A stretch of DNA of 64,000 nucleotides from positions 2,944,001-3,008,000 of the forward strand of contig OY820579.1 in assembly GCA_963681965.1 (NCBI GenBank), read 5' to 3'. This DNA is from a bacterium (GTDB lineage: Bacteria; Electryoneota; JAOADG01). Below are positions 47,601 through 56,914 of this stretch, one piece after another. Within the stretch, counting starts at the first letter, position 1, and every line of letters begins with the position of its first letter. Under the pieces are notes generated by a model that did not search any database, was not told the origin of the DNA, and saw only the letters and a list, made by a program, of their open reading frames with translations. The position numbers were made by a program, and so were the translations under genes.

Positions 47601-47933
47601 TGCGACACGAGCGATGCCAATTTTTCGATCCAATATTCAGGGATTAATGAAGACGGATCGGAATTGCCGCACTCATTCTCTCTCAATGACGGGTTCCCCA
47701 ACCCATTCAATTCGAGTATCGACTTCAGAGTCGCAGTGCCTCAAGCTGCATTGGTTGTGATAAAAGTATACAATCATCTCGGTCAGGAAGTTGCTACACT
47801 TACAAATGAACGTCTTGAGGTCGGCTACTATATATTTCAGTGGAGACCGACGTATTGTAGTTCAGGGATCTATTTTGTAAATATGAACTCGGAACACTTT
47901 TCGGTTGTTCGAAAAGTGAGTTATATTAAGTAA
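44649..47933 (+). CDS. Secreted YCF48-like BNR/WD propeller protein with four Ig-like repeats and T9SS-like CTD
   Basis: WQNPLPNG start, repeated GWAVGxxGTILHTxDGGxTW units, four PNGGE..W..YP..W..DTSxxxFSI modules, FPNPFN tail. Confidence 0.88.
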   Translation: MYNNSNFINMFVLSSYISILTIIMTCPSSTFAQSWEWQNPLPNGHLLMSSSFVGSSNGWVVGAFGTILHTTNSGYSWINQTYNVSIQLNSVSFVDLRNGWAVGWYGNIIHTSNGGLSWINQTSNVSVNLIDVLFLDSLHGWTVGASGSILHTDNGGTTWSQQSSASTSTYESISFVNSNIGWICGSDGSILHTIDGGSTWTIQTSTTTNTLFSIKFIDVNNGWASGNYGTIIHTTNAGLTWIAQRSGYENSLTCVNFFDGNNGYAIGTLGMILHTSNGGSTWINQSYNLLSTFRTIDQLSTDTLLICGSGNVILRSVDQGASWVRINSSGNISYLTSIACTDSNNIWVAGEFGTILHSSNSGFAWINQESETVNDLYGITFFDTFTGWVAGQNGTIQHTTNGGLTWFCQNSGVTDELLAIANFGLNHVWAVGSNGTIVHTSDGGSTWSIQASGTTNQLKSVSFIDSLRGWAVGMPGSLGVPGVILRTINGGLSWVTISSSTSNYYYSIKFLDSLSGWSASYMPMQGRCIVSQTTDGGYGWSLRGSIQNYLNCITMSDNSHGWVVGANGTIMATSGTGWVAQTSGTTNKLLGVACSGRYAWAVGTDGTILRFHPQYQQPLTLESPNGGEHFTLGNYFIHWNAQSVTGNLRIQLNRNYPLSTWEDVGTVNASLNLFNWHVTSPLTTHARIRILSIETPSYGDTSNADFSIANNSLSLLHPLAGDTLINFSVDTIRWQFFGSTDNIRISINYNYPSGEWVPLQTLPSSRTYYLWTLNGPVSSNVRIRVLTDTSPSVGDTSNSNFSIVNPTLQLLYPYGGEILARSTTESIRWTYSGPPVSFQIAVNYTYPSQNWVSLQMISSAYRRHAWFIDGPNSTNVRVRLISNTNPAFGDTSDTDFSIQNPSIRITYPNGGEICSSSQVVIRWNHAFIADTCHIQLEYDRNFPSSGWTTISRPSVYPDSFVWQLPFLSSSTVRIRAFLLNNTSFCDTSDANFSIQYSGINEDGSELPHSFSLNDGFPNPFNSSIDFRVAVPQAALVVIKVYNHLGQEVATLTNERLEVGYYIFQWRPTYCSSGIYFVNMNSEHFSVVRKVSYIK

Positions 47934-47963
47934 TATCAATATAAAAACATTGCGGGAGCCATC

Positions 47964-48257
47964 TTGAAACGTAACGAATACGGCGGCAGTTTAGCCGATA
48001 CATTCCTTGAGAAAGCCGATTATATGATCTCAATGGCGCGGATCAGGCTCGATCTCGCGGCAGCCCGTCAACGAGTCGATCGCGCACTACTGGCGCTTGG
48101 AGAAGGCACGTATAGCTTCGCAAACAATCCGAATCAAGCACAACCATTGCCGGTCGAGCTGGATGGCTCGGTAGAGCGAGTTCGGCGGGCACTTCAGGAT
48201 TGTGATCGGTTACAGGAACGACTTGACAAAGTTCGCGAGCAATGGCGCGGTGAATGA
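47964..48257 (+). CDS. Small helical hypothetical protein
   Basis: GGGAG RBS before TTG; coiled-coil pattern with LLALGExTY. Confidence 0.6.
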   Translation: MKRNEYGGSLADTFLEKADYMISMARIRLDLAAARQRVDRALLALGEGTYSFANNPNQAQPLPVELDGSVERVRRALQDCDRLQERLDKVREQWRGE

Positions 48258-48426
48258 TTTTTTGGTTTGACGACAATAAGAGTCCAAACCAACTTGATTA
48301 TCACTGACTAAAACTTCAGTTTAGTCATTTTTAATCTGCAACTTATCGATATTTGGGTGTTACTAACCAATATCGGATATCGATTACAGTCACGTCGATC
48401 GTTTGTATTTTTTGAAAGAGGATCCA

Positions 48427-49035
48427 ATGAAATTTAAATATTCCATTCTGGCGATTGCCATTTTGTCTGCACTTTTAGTAATCGGCGCCGGGTGTGGCAA
48501 GAAAGTCACGCGCATCGATACCAATGAAACGAAAGACCTTTCGGGTCGTTGGAATGATACCGACAGTCGCACTGTGAGCACCGACGTTATTACTGACGTC
48601 TTGAATCACCCTTGGCTACAACAATTCGTAGCAAAGAAGAGCAAGAATCCTACGGTGATCGTAGGCACGATCCGCAATCTGTCGTCCGAACATATCGCGA
48701 TCGGAACATTCAGTAACGACATTGAAAAAGCATTCATCAATAGCGGAAAAGTGACTGTGGTCGCTTCGGCTCTCGAACGCGGTGAAATGCGCGATGAACG
48801 GCGTGAGATGCAAGAAAATGCCGATCCCGAGACGATCAAGAAATTCGGTCGCGAACGGGGTGCCGACTATATCCTCAGTGGTGAAATCAATGCAATCGAA
48901 GATCGCGAAGGAAAAGAATCGATCATGTATTATCAAATCGATCTGAAACTCACCGATCTTGAAACCAATGCCAAAGTCTGGATCGGTGGTACGAAGATTA
49001 AGAAATACATCGAACGCAGCAAATTGAAGATCTAA
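48427..49035 (+). CDS. Penicillin-binding protein activator LpoB-like (CsgG-like) lipoprotein
   Basis: GAGG RBS, GAGC lipobox, DLSGRWNDTD, NLSSEHI, GADYILSG, YYQIDLKL. Confidence 0.8.
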   Translation: MKFKYSILAIAILSALLVIGAGCGKKVTRIDTNETKDLSGRWNDTDSRTVSTDVITDVLNHPWLQQFVAKKSKNPTVIVGTIRNLSSEHIAIGTFSNDIEKAFINSGKVTVVASALERGEMRDERREMQENADPETIKKFGRERGADYILSGEINAIEDREGKESIMYYQIDLKLTDLETNAKVWIGGTKIKKYIERSKLKI

Positions 49036-49041
49036 TCCAGC

Positions 49042-50424
49042 ATGACATTTCAAACCATTACCCAACGACTGCAACGATGGCGGTTATCGGCGCTGATTGC
49101 TGCCATCGTCATAACGACATTATCGGGTTGCGTCAGCAATTATGCGCTGAAGCAAGATGCCGCACGCGATGCGGTAATTCAAGGTAAATATCAGGAAGCT
49201 TTGCAAGTTTACACAAAAGGCGACAAGGCAACCGATTATGTCGATGTATTACTCAATCGCGGTCTATCGAAATTCGAAACAACCGATTACCTCGCTGCGG
49301 AAAATGATCTTCGTCGTGCAGAAGAGCGGATCGAAGAGTTATACACGAAATCGATCTCTCGCGGCGTACTTTCGATGGTTTCCAATGATCGCGCACTGGC
49401 TTATTCGGGAACCAATTTTGAACGCGGAATGATCCACTACTACCGTGGTCTCGGCTTTCTCGAACGGAATCGTCGCGACGACTTTATCATCGAAGGTCGA
49501 TCGCTATCCAAGTATCTGACTCAGCTCCCGGAATTGAGCAAAAAATCCGATACCGATTTCGCTTTCTTGCAATATTTTTCAGGAATTGGCTACGATCTCG
49601 GAAACCAACCGAACGATGCATGGATTTCATACGAACGTGCACGCACTTTGTATCCGAAGCAGCTTGGAACGACACCACCCTTCTTGCCAGCAATCTCTGC
49701 CGTAGCAGCAAAACGCGCTGGAATTATCTCGAGCGACAGTCTTCGACGGTCGGGCTTTAGTATTCCCGATTCTAGCTATGGACGACTGATCGTATTGCTG
49801 GAAAGTGGCGTCTGCGCTGGGTTGGATCAGGAAGATATTACGATTCCGATCTTTGAAACCGATCAACATCATTACGGCGACGATTATGACTATGCCGCTT
49901 TTGGTCGCGAGTGTCGAAGACGATCCTATCACACCGATCCACATCTTCAGATTGTCGATTGGTTGCATGTCGCAATTCCAAAACTCGATATTAACGGCAA
50001 AACGCGCGTCAATTCTGTTCAATTCTCAGCTTCCGGGTTAGGATCTGAACAATTACCGCTAGCAGTCGATCTATCGGATGCGTTCGAACGAGATTTCAAC
50101 GATCGCCTCCCTGCAATTTTGGGTCGAGCAGTTGCCCGAACGATTGTAAAACGTGTTTCGGCAAATACAGCAAAAGATCAAGGTGGTACTGGTTTTTATT
50201 GGTTGGTGAAATTATTGGGTGAAGCGACCGAAACTGCCGATACTCGAAGTTGGGCTTTGCTTCCGGATAAAATCTTCGTTTACGATAAGTATGTACCTAA
50301 CGGATCATATCATCTATCGATATCTGCGAATGAAGATATTATTCCGGTGGATAAAATCGACATCTCCGATGTAAAGGTCGAGGCAGGAAAGTCTACAATT
50401 AAGCGTATTCGAATTCGAGGGTAG
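49042..50424 (+). CDS. COG3014-like TPR lipoprotein
   Basis: LSGC lipobox, YSGTNFERGMIHYY, ADTRSWALLP; typical partner of LpoB-like genes. Confidence 0.75.
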   Translation: MTFQTITQRLQRWRLSALIAAIVITTLSGCVSNYALKQDAARDAVIQGKYQEALQVYTKGDKATDYVDVLLNRGLSKFETTDYLAAENDLRRAEERIEELYTKSISRGVLSMVSNDRALAYSGTNFERGMIHYYRGLGFLERNRRDDFIIEGRSLSKYLTQLPELSKKSDTDFAFLQYFSGIGYDLGNQPNDAWISYERARTLYPKQLGTTPPFLPAISAVAAKRAGIISSDSLRRSGFSIPDSSYGRLIVLLESGVCAGLDQEDITIPIFETDQHHYGDDYDYAAFGRECRRRSYHTDPHLQIVDWLHVAIPKLDINGKTRVNSVQFSASGLGSEQLPLAVDLSDAFERDFNDRLPAILGRAVARTIVKRVSANTAKDQGGTGFYWLVKLLGEATETADTRSWALLPDKIFVYDKYVPNGSYHLSISANEDIIPVDKIDISDVKVEAGKSTIKRIRIRG

Positions 50425-50456
50425 CCAGCAGACTCATCAATGAATTGTTTAATAAA

Positions 50457-50492
50457 GAAAACCCGGGAAAAAATTCTTCCCGGGTATTTTTT
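50457..50492. terminator. Bidirectional terminator
   Basis: AAAACCCGGGAA...TTCCCGGGTATTTTTT between convergent genes. Confidence 0.65.
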
Positions 50493-50511
50493 GATGAAAA
50501 GAGCGTTACAA

Positions 50512-51345
50512 TTACTTAACCTCTTTATGATCCTTCTTTCCATCGTCTTTGCAGTCGCCCTTGCAATCGGTTTTCTTGTCTTTGCAGTCGCCCTTGCAAT
50601 CGGCTTTCTTATCTTTGCAGTCGTCCTTGCAATCGGCTTTCTTATCTTTGCAGTCGTCCTTACAATCGGCTTTCTTGTCTTTGCAGTCGCCCTTGCAATC
50701 AGCTTTCTTGTCTTTGCAGTCGTCCTTGCATTCAGCTTTCTTGTCTTTGCAGTCGCCCTTACAATCGGCTTTCATTTCGTGTTTGCCGTCTTTGCAATCC
50801 TCAGTCTTTTCGACTTTAGCTTCTTCATCTGGACATTTCGTATTAAGCACTGCAAAAACCTGACCGGACTTTGGCGTCAGCTCAACACCACTGGCGACCA
50901 TCATCATCATTTTCCGGGGACCTTTGATTTCGCCTAAATTCATTCCTTCTTTCGCGAAATGCTTCAACATTTCTTCCGGCATATCCAATTCTTTTACCAC
51001 ACCCATCGCGCGCACGCTTGCACCCGCAGCATTTTTCGGCATAAAGAATTTTTCGCCCTGCGCTTTAACAAATAAATCTTTATCGCCGTCTTTGATGATA
51101 ATCCAGCAACCGGCACTTTGACAGACAGTGGTGACGATTCCGTCGATGATAATAGGATCTTTCGATGGTTTCAGATCGATGAGTTTCATCGTTTTAAGAT
51201 CGCCAATCTTCTCGCCGCAAGATAGCGGTGCCATTGCCTTCATGGCAGCAGGTTCTTTTGCCGATTTCATTTCTTCGGCATTCACAGCCAATACTAGTGA
51301 TGCCAAAATTAAAATCGAGATTGCGATCGAAATAACACGCTTCAT
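50512..51345 (-). CDS. Secreted DUF4920-like OB-fold protein with Cys/Lys/Asp-rich tandem-repeat tail
   Basis: Signal peptide, VCQSAGCW, FFMPK, KHFAKE, ASGV motifs, then 7x (A/T)(D/E)CK(G/D)DCKD(K/D)(K/G). Confidence 0.78.
   Translation of the reverse strand: MKRVISIAISILILASLVLAVNAEEMKSAKEPAAMKAMAPLSCGEKIGDLKTMKLIDLKPSKDPIIIDGIVTTVCQSAGCWIIIKDGDKDLFVKAQGEKFFMPKNAAGASVRAMGVVKELDMPEEMLKHFAKEGMNLGEIKGPRKMMMMVASGVELTPKSGQVFAVLNTKCPDEEAKVEKTEDCKDGKHEMKADCKGDCKDKKAECKDDCKDKKADCKGDCKDKKADCKDDCKDKKADCKDDCKDKKADCKGDCKDKKTDCKGDCKDDGKKDHKEVK
50539..50769 (-). repeat. 33-bp coding tandem repeat, 7 copies
   Basis: Plus-strand unit approx. TTTCTTGTCTTTGCAGTCGCCCTTGCAATCGGC repeated head to tail. Confidence 0.93.
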
Positions 51346-51361
51346 TAATGAATCCTTCCCT

Positions 51362-54148
51362 TTACTTTATGATTACAAATTTACCCTGAGTGATCGACCC
51401 GTTGTGTTCCGGAGTTAGATCTTCCACTGAAAACAGATACAAACCTGCCATTACCTGCTGATCGTTGCGGTTCTTCAAGTTCCAATTCTCAGCATAGTCA
51501 TAAGTAGCACCGATATTACGGTCTCCTTCGATATTATGCGGAATGGCAGCCACTAAATCGCCACTGACGGTGAAAATACGAATAAGCGCCTTTCGAGGCA
51601 AATTGTAAAAATAGATCCGCCGGTCTTCTTGCGGGAAGAAATCGGGTGTTCCATCATCGCGATTTTCCCAGGCAAGACCATTTCCATGTGTTTTCGTATA
51701 ATCGACATCGAATCGATAGGGATTCGGCACTACACCGACTTTCCGCATCGATGTATTGTATGAAGGTGCAGTCAATTTCATATTCGAGACTTTTCCAGTC
51801 TCCAGCGACATCGTTCCAGTTTTATAATCACCAAAATCGAATGCAGTCACCGAATAATATCGTGGGATCAATGGTGGAATTCCGTCGACGATGTAATGGT
51901 AACTCGAATCGACCGGATTCCAGAGTTGATACCGCACGCCATTGGATACGTAAGATGCTTCTTTGATACCCCGATTGATATTTACTCGCCGCCAGACATA
52001 GGTTTCACCCTTAATCACTGTATCCGGTTTCGAGCGAATCGTATCGGGCATTGACACCAATGAATCGGTAATTCGATCGTAAAAGGCGTAATCCATTCGG
52101 TCAAATACCGCCAACAACGAGAATTCATTCTCTAAACCGGATTCTGAAACGTAGATTCGGTACCCTTCAAAATCGTGCAATCGCGAAAACGGATCCAGAT
52201 TGATTGAAGTGTCTTCCGATGGGGTCGGTTTCCAAATGATCTCGATCTGATTATTGCGCGATTCGACAGTTATTCGCGGTATCGGCGGCGGCGGCGGACC
52301 CCGGAAATCGTAATCGCCATCACCCGGGTCCAGCATACCATTGTCTTTCATATAATCGAGTCGAGGTGGATACCAAGGGTGCGTATCTTCGGTCAAGCCC
52401 TGTGATGCCCACTCAACATGGTCGGTACTACGTAATGAATCGATGCGACCGTTATTTTCCGTTCCGTCGGGATCCGGGCGAAGATACCGTCCACGCCAAA
52501 TACCTTCAATGACGACACTATCGGTAGGTGTGGTCCAATACAAACCGTCGGAACCGGCATCTTCACCGAACCATCCGTCACCATTCGGATAATTTCGCGT
52601 CTTTGTGTCGTACATCGGATTGTCATATACCCGCGCAGCCCAATCTGCCGCATATTGAATCGTTCCAAAGTTGTAAAGATTTCGATTGAGTCGAGTACAA
52701 GAGATCTGTGCCGAATCCGGATTATGGAATGCCAATCCAGCCACAAAGGCGACTGTCATCGAGAATTTCTCACCGGGATTTAACCGGTAAACTCGGTCAC
52801 CACCCGGTCCAGGTCCATCGTAAATTCCCAATGGTCCCCATGACAACAAGTACCGGGTATCATACCCTTTCGCAATGTCTTCCTTGACTTCATCTTTTGG
52901 CGCTCGCCATTGATGCGCTGGAATGCCGGGATGATCCAGATCGGGTTGCGAATGCGATTGGATATATGTCAGATCGTTTGTTAATACCTGATCGTAATCG
53001 AATTCGCGATTCGACAAAACGTCGTATTTCCGCTCATCGCCCATCGGGGTTCCGAATGTCGATGTCCAAGATTTTGAATCCTGCCATGCTGGTCCAAAAT
53101 CTAAATTTTGGTTATTGTTGGATACCCACCAATTGAAACTGGTTTTGAGACGCGGATTGGGTGCTCGAAGAACGCGAGACCCTAACACATGAGGAACTGT
53201 AAAATCGCTACCGGAACAAACTCCAGGGGGTCGCCCATCGCCATCTGCGATATATGCGACATTCACAACCGAACTGTCATCACTCCCATCAGCCCGCTTG
53301 AAATAATAATATCGTTGAAATCCACAGATATCGTCAGTTTGATACACACCTGGAACTTCTCCGACGCCCCCGACATCACCATCGACATATAGACCAATGT
53401 ATAAGTTTTTTAAATAGTTCGAAGCAATATTTTCAAATTCCCAATCAAAAAAGATAAAGTCTTTCGCATAGGAATATGAAAAAGCATATGATCGTTGCGT
53501 TACTTTAATGCCTAAGGGATAGTGCGGTCCGTCGATCGGATCGGTTGCCACAAAAAACTGATCGGTTAAAGTATCCGAATAAGTCATAATAAAGTCTTGT
53601 TCAGATACCGCTTCCGGTGAGCTTACATAGTCCCCGAGCCGGTTGAAATAATTCTCGCGAGTCGATCGTTCGATAATTCCACCGCGCGATCCTTCCGCTG
53701 GCCAGAGTTCGATAATATTTGTATTGGCAGACGTGCGGACCCATCCATCCGATCCAACCGAAACTCGCGGAAATTCTCGGTTGTCTTTTTGTACCATAGC
53801 ACCAATCCAGAGCGATGCCATGTACATATAAGATTGACCCGATCCAGCCGGATACATTGCCTGAGGTGCATACGTTCCGGGATATTCCGGATCGGTCATA
53901 GCATTCGAATTACGGGTCGAGTAATTACCGATAAACCCATAATTTGTCACATTCATCCAGAGATTGCCGACGCGATGAACGCGATTGTTCACATTCGGAT
54001 TGGCAATTTGAATTTGTGACACCCCTTTTCGAACTGGTCCGCGTTCTTCTTCGATCTCGGCACGTCCAATAGACACCCAGCTAAAGAAGAAAGAACAGAT
54101 CAGAGAAGTACGTAATAATATAAAAAACAATAGTTTCATTATTTTCAT
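51362..54148 (-). CDS. Large secreted protein with FN3-like domain and PNPY-type C-terminal sorting domain
   Basis: HRVGNLWMNVTNYG, SEQDF, GIKVTQRSY, PPPPPIP, DFEGYRIY, YYSVTAFD, VVPNPY..RIYFYNLP..IRIFTVSGDLV..GKFVIIK. Confidence 0.8.
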   Translation of the reverse strand: MKIMKLLFFILLRTSLICSFFFSWVSIGRAEIEEERGPVRKGVSQIQIANPNVNNRVHRVGNLWMNVTNYGFIGNYSTRNSNAMTDPEYPGTYAPQAMYPAGSGQSYMYMASLWIGAMVQKDNREFPRVSVGSDGWVRTSANTNIIELWPAEGSRGGIIERSTRENYFNRLGDYVSSPEAVSEQDFIMTYSDTLTDQFFVATDPIDGPHYPLGIKVTQRSYAFSYSYAKDFIFFDWEFENIASNYLKNLYIGLYVDGDVGGVGEVPGVYQTDDICGFQRYYYFKRADGSDDSSVVNVAYIADGDGRPPGVCSGSDFTVPHVLGSRVLRAPNPRLKTSFNWWVSNNNQNLDFGPAWQDSKSWTSTFGTPMGDERKYDVLSNREFDYDQVLTNDLTYIQSHSQPDLDHPGIPAHQWRAPKDEVKEDIAKGYDTRYLLSWGPLGIYDGPGPGGDRVYRLNPGEKFSMTVAFVAGLAFHNPDSAQISCTRLNRNLYNFGTIQYAADWAARVYDNPMYDTKTRNYPNGDGWFGEDAGSDGLYWTTPTDSVVIEGIWRGRYLRPDPDGTENNGRIDSLRSTDHVEWASQGLTEDTHPWYPPRLDYMKDNGMLDPGDGDYDFRGPPPPPIPRITVESRNNQIEIIWKPTPSEDTSINLDPFSRLHDFEGYRIYVSESGLENEFSLLAVFDRMDYAFYDRITDSLVSMPDTIRSKPDTVIKGETYVWRRVNINRGIKEASYVSNGVRYQLWNPVDSSYHYIVDGIPPLIPRYYSVTAFDFGDYKTGTMSLETGKVSNMKLTAPSYNTSMRKVGVVPNPYRFDVDYTKTHGNGLAWENRDDGTPDFFPQEDRRIYFYNLPRKALIRIFTVSGDLVAAIPHNIEGDRNIGATYDYAENWNLKNRNDQQVMAGLYLFSVEDLTPEHNGSITQGKFVIIK

Positions 54149-54556
54149 AAATTATTCCATACGTAGGATGATTTCGACCATTATGCAGGAAAATTGGTAA
54201 TTAACAAACTTCAATAACCCACTTCTGAGAGCAACCCGACTATATCATGCCTCAAAATCTCATCGCTATCATTCAATAATTCGATGGATAGCGGAAAAAA
54301 CTGTTAGACGCGACTTAACACTTGATGCAACTTATGAGAATTTCTACGTATTTATCTATGATGGATAGTTGCATACCAGTTCAAATGAGAGCTTTTCAAA
54401 CTGTTCAAGGTAATGAAACCGTTTATACCAGACAAGCTGAAGGATCAATCTTGCAATGAATGTTGCGAGCTAGCTAGTGTCTGCAAGTGATACACTTTGG
54501 AATCCAATTAACTGGTGATTATCTTTATCAGATATTATTTCTAACCGGAGGTGAGA

Positions 54557-54868
54557 ATGAAGAAGTATTTAACTATGATCTGCCTACTGGCACTAACGGT
54601 GGCGTTCAGTGGTTGTGGAAATCAGGGAACCGAGCGAAAGATTCAGGAAGCCAACGATTTGATCACTCAAGCGGTCAACGAAGGCGCAGAGCTACATGCT
54701 CAGATTCCATTGCAGAAAGCGCGCGAAAGTATCGATCTCGCGAAACAACTTCTCAAAGAGAACAAAACTGACTCGGCACTGACAGTTTCCGCTCTTGCAG
54801 CCGAAGCAGCCCGCGAAGCACTTACTACAACCCGGGAAAATAATTCAATTCCTCATGACGGAAATTGA
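54557..54868 (+). CDS. Small helical lipoprotein (DUF4398-like)
   Basis: GGAGGTGA RBS, FSGC lipobox, Ala-rich helices. Confidence 0.7.
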   Translation: MKKYLTMICLLALTVAFSGCGNQGTERKIQEANDLITQAVNEGAELHAQIPLQKARESIDLAKQLLKENKTDSALTVSALAAEAAREALTTTRENNSIPHDGN

Positions 54869-56189
54869 TACCTCAACAATGTATGCTTCTTCGAAGCGAC
54901 CGCTCAAGAAGTTGAGCGGTCGTTTTTCTCTTCCTCCACGGAAAACTCTTCGTGGAGCATTTTATCGTTTGATTTGGGAAGGTTCGTTCGCGCAGGCATT
55001 CATGGTGATGACCAGTGGCGGCTTGCTTATAGGTCTCGCGAAGTATCTTGGTGCGGCAAATTGGGAAGTGTCCCTGCTGAATGCGATGAATTTTTTGGTA
55101 ATGCCCTTCCAATCCATTCTCGGCATCCATATCAATAAACCCTCTATTCGAAAAAACATCGTAATTATCACGGCAATCATTTCGCGGTCGATCTGGCTCG
55201 CACCGATGGCACTCGTCTGGTGGAAACCCAATCACGCGATCATCCTGTTGCTCCTGTTTGTCTTCGTCCAGAATGTGAGCTTCACAATCAGCACACTGTG
55301 TTGGATGTCGTGGGTGGGTGATATAGTCCATCGGGATTGGCGTGGTCGCTTTTTCGGAATCCGTCAGCGAGCTGCATCGACAGCTTCTGTTATCTTTCTG
55401 ATGAGTGCGGGTTACTTACTCGATAAGTATCGAGAAGTGGGTCGAGAAGATATCGGTCATGTTGTATTAGGTGCGATTGCTGTCGTAATGGGAACGATTT
55501 CTACGGTTTTATTGAGTACAATTCCCCGGACAATTCATCACAGCAAACATATTGAAGAACATGATGTTAGTAAAGTAAAACCGTGGAAGGATCCAGCATA
55601 TCGGAAAGTCATGATCGGAATTGCCGGATGGTATTTTGCCGTCGGTTTTGCAGGTCCGTATTGGGCGGTTCATATGCTGACCCATCTAAAGTTCGACTAT
55701 ATCATGCTGGTTGGATACGGAGCCGGTTTTACCGTCACGATGGCGATTGTTTCACCGTATGCCGGTCGGTGGATCGATAAGTTCGGTGATTTTGGGCTTA
55801 CTACTGCAGGAATGATTTGTCTATCGACCGTACCGATTTATTGGCTGTTCATCACTCCCAGTTTTCCCTATCCGATTATTCCAGAGATTATTATTACGGC
55901 GTTCGGATGGAGTGCCGTACAAATCACTTCTTCCACAATTCCGCTACGGTTTTCGACACCGCATACTCGCAATAAATATATCGCCTCGCTATCTATGGCT
56001 ACCGGTATCGGTTTTACTACCGGTGCTGTTATTGGTGGTCCACTGATGGATCTCTGGGATTCCGCGCGCGGAACGCTGTTTGGATTGCCACTGTACCCCA
56101 CGCATTTCGCTTTCGCAATTACTGGTCTTTTGAGATGGGTAATTGCTGTATATTTCTACCGCCTACAAAAACGCGATTACGCACGATAA
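54855..56189 (+). CDS. MFS transporter
   Basis: About 12 hydrophobic segments; WMSWVGDIVHRDWRGRFFG, GRWIDKFG. Confidence 0.88.
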   Translation: MTEIDTSTMYASSKRPLKKLSGRFSLPPRKTLRGAFYRLIWEGSFAQAFMVMTSGGLLIGLAKYLGAANWEVSLLNAMNFLVMPFQSILGIHINKPSIRKNIVIITAIISRSIWLAPMALVWWKPNHAIILLLLFVFVQNVSFTISTLCWMSWVGDIVHRDWRGRFFGIRQRAASTASVIFLMSAGYLLDKYREVGREDIGHVVLGAIAVVMGTISTVLLSTIPRTIHHSKHIEEHDVSKVKPWKDPAYRKVMIGIAGWYFAVGFAGPYWAVHMLTHLKFDYIMLVGYGAGFTVTMAIVSPYAGRWIDKFGDFGLTTAGMICLSTVPIYWLFITPSFPYPIIPEIIITAFGWSAVQITSSTIPLRFSTPHTRNKYIASLSMATGIGFTTGAVIGGPLMDLWDSARGTLFGLPLYPTHFAFAITGLLRWVIAVYFYRLQKRDYAR

Positions 56190-56263
56190 TCAGTTAGATA
56201 TAAATTCTTATTTCCTACTTTTCGCTTCATTACTCTCGAATCTTCATTTACATTTAGTCTACT

Positions 56264-56914
56264 ATGGATCAATCAATGTTTGTCGCCGAATCAATTCGAT
56301 CAAATGGTTTTCCCGATAACGGAAAACCGATCTTGAATGGCATCTCATTGACTATTCGATCGGGCGAATGGTGGCAAATTGTCGGCGAATCCGGGGTGGG
56401 AAAAACGCTGTTCCTGAGGTGTCTTGCCGGACTCATCCCATCACAAGGTAAACTGCTGCTCCATAATCGAAGTATCACTGATTACCCGTTACCGGAATGG
56501 CGAAGACACGTTTTGTTCATCGGTTCGAAACCGATTCCTTTCGCCGATACAATCCAAGATACAATGACGCTCCCATTTCATTGGCGTCATCTTTCAGCAC
56601 CGGACAACGACCATCTTCGACGGACTTTGCATTCGGTAGGTTTGACTTTTGCGATGGATTATTCGACTAAATCGCTCTCAGATGGTGAGCGAGTCCGATT
56701 GGCAATCGCATCGGCAATACTTCTTGCACCTGACATATTGCTGCTGGACGAATCACTCGCTCCGTTAGATCGCAGTAATGCCGATTTAGTGATATCCACG
56801 ATACTTTCCTTATCTACCCAACAAGGCACTGGGATTATATGGGTCGATCACGGCGATCGACTTACTTCCGATCACCCAATTTCGAAACTTGAAATTAAGA
56901 AAAATGAACGTTAA
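56264..56914 (+). CDS. ABC transporter ATP-binding protein (FetA/YbbL-like)
   Basis: GESGVGKT, LSDGER, LLLDE, DH; overlaps a UPF0014 permease. Confidence 0.85.
   Translation: MDQSMFVAESIRSNGFPDNGKPILNGISLTIRSGEWWQIVGESGVGKTLFLRCLAGLIPSQGKLLLHNRSITDYPLPEWRRHVLFIGSKPIPFADTIQDTMTLPFHWRHLSAPDNDHLRRTLHSVGLTFAMDYSTKSLSDGERVRLAIASAILLAPDILLLDESLAPLDRSNADLVISTILSLSTQQGTGIIWVDHGDRLTSDHPISKLEIKKNER

Noticed and set aside
50539-50769. CRISPR-like 33-bp periodicity
   Set aside because: Head-to-tail repeats without unique spacers, in frame within a CDS, and no cas genes.
50440-50937. Hydrophobic repeat ORFs on the plus strand (165 aa and 104 aa)
   Set aside because: Antisense shadows of the Cys/Lys/Asp repeat gene.
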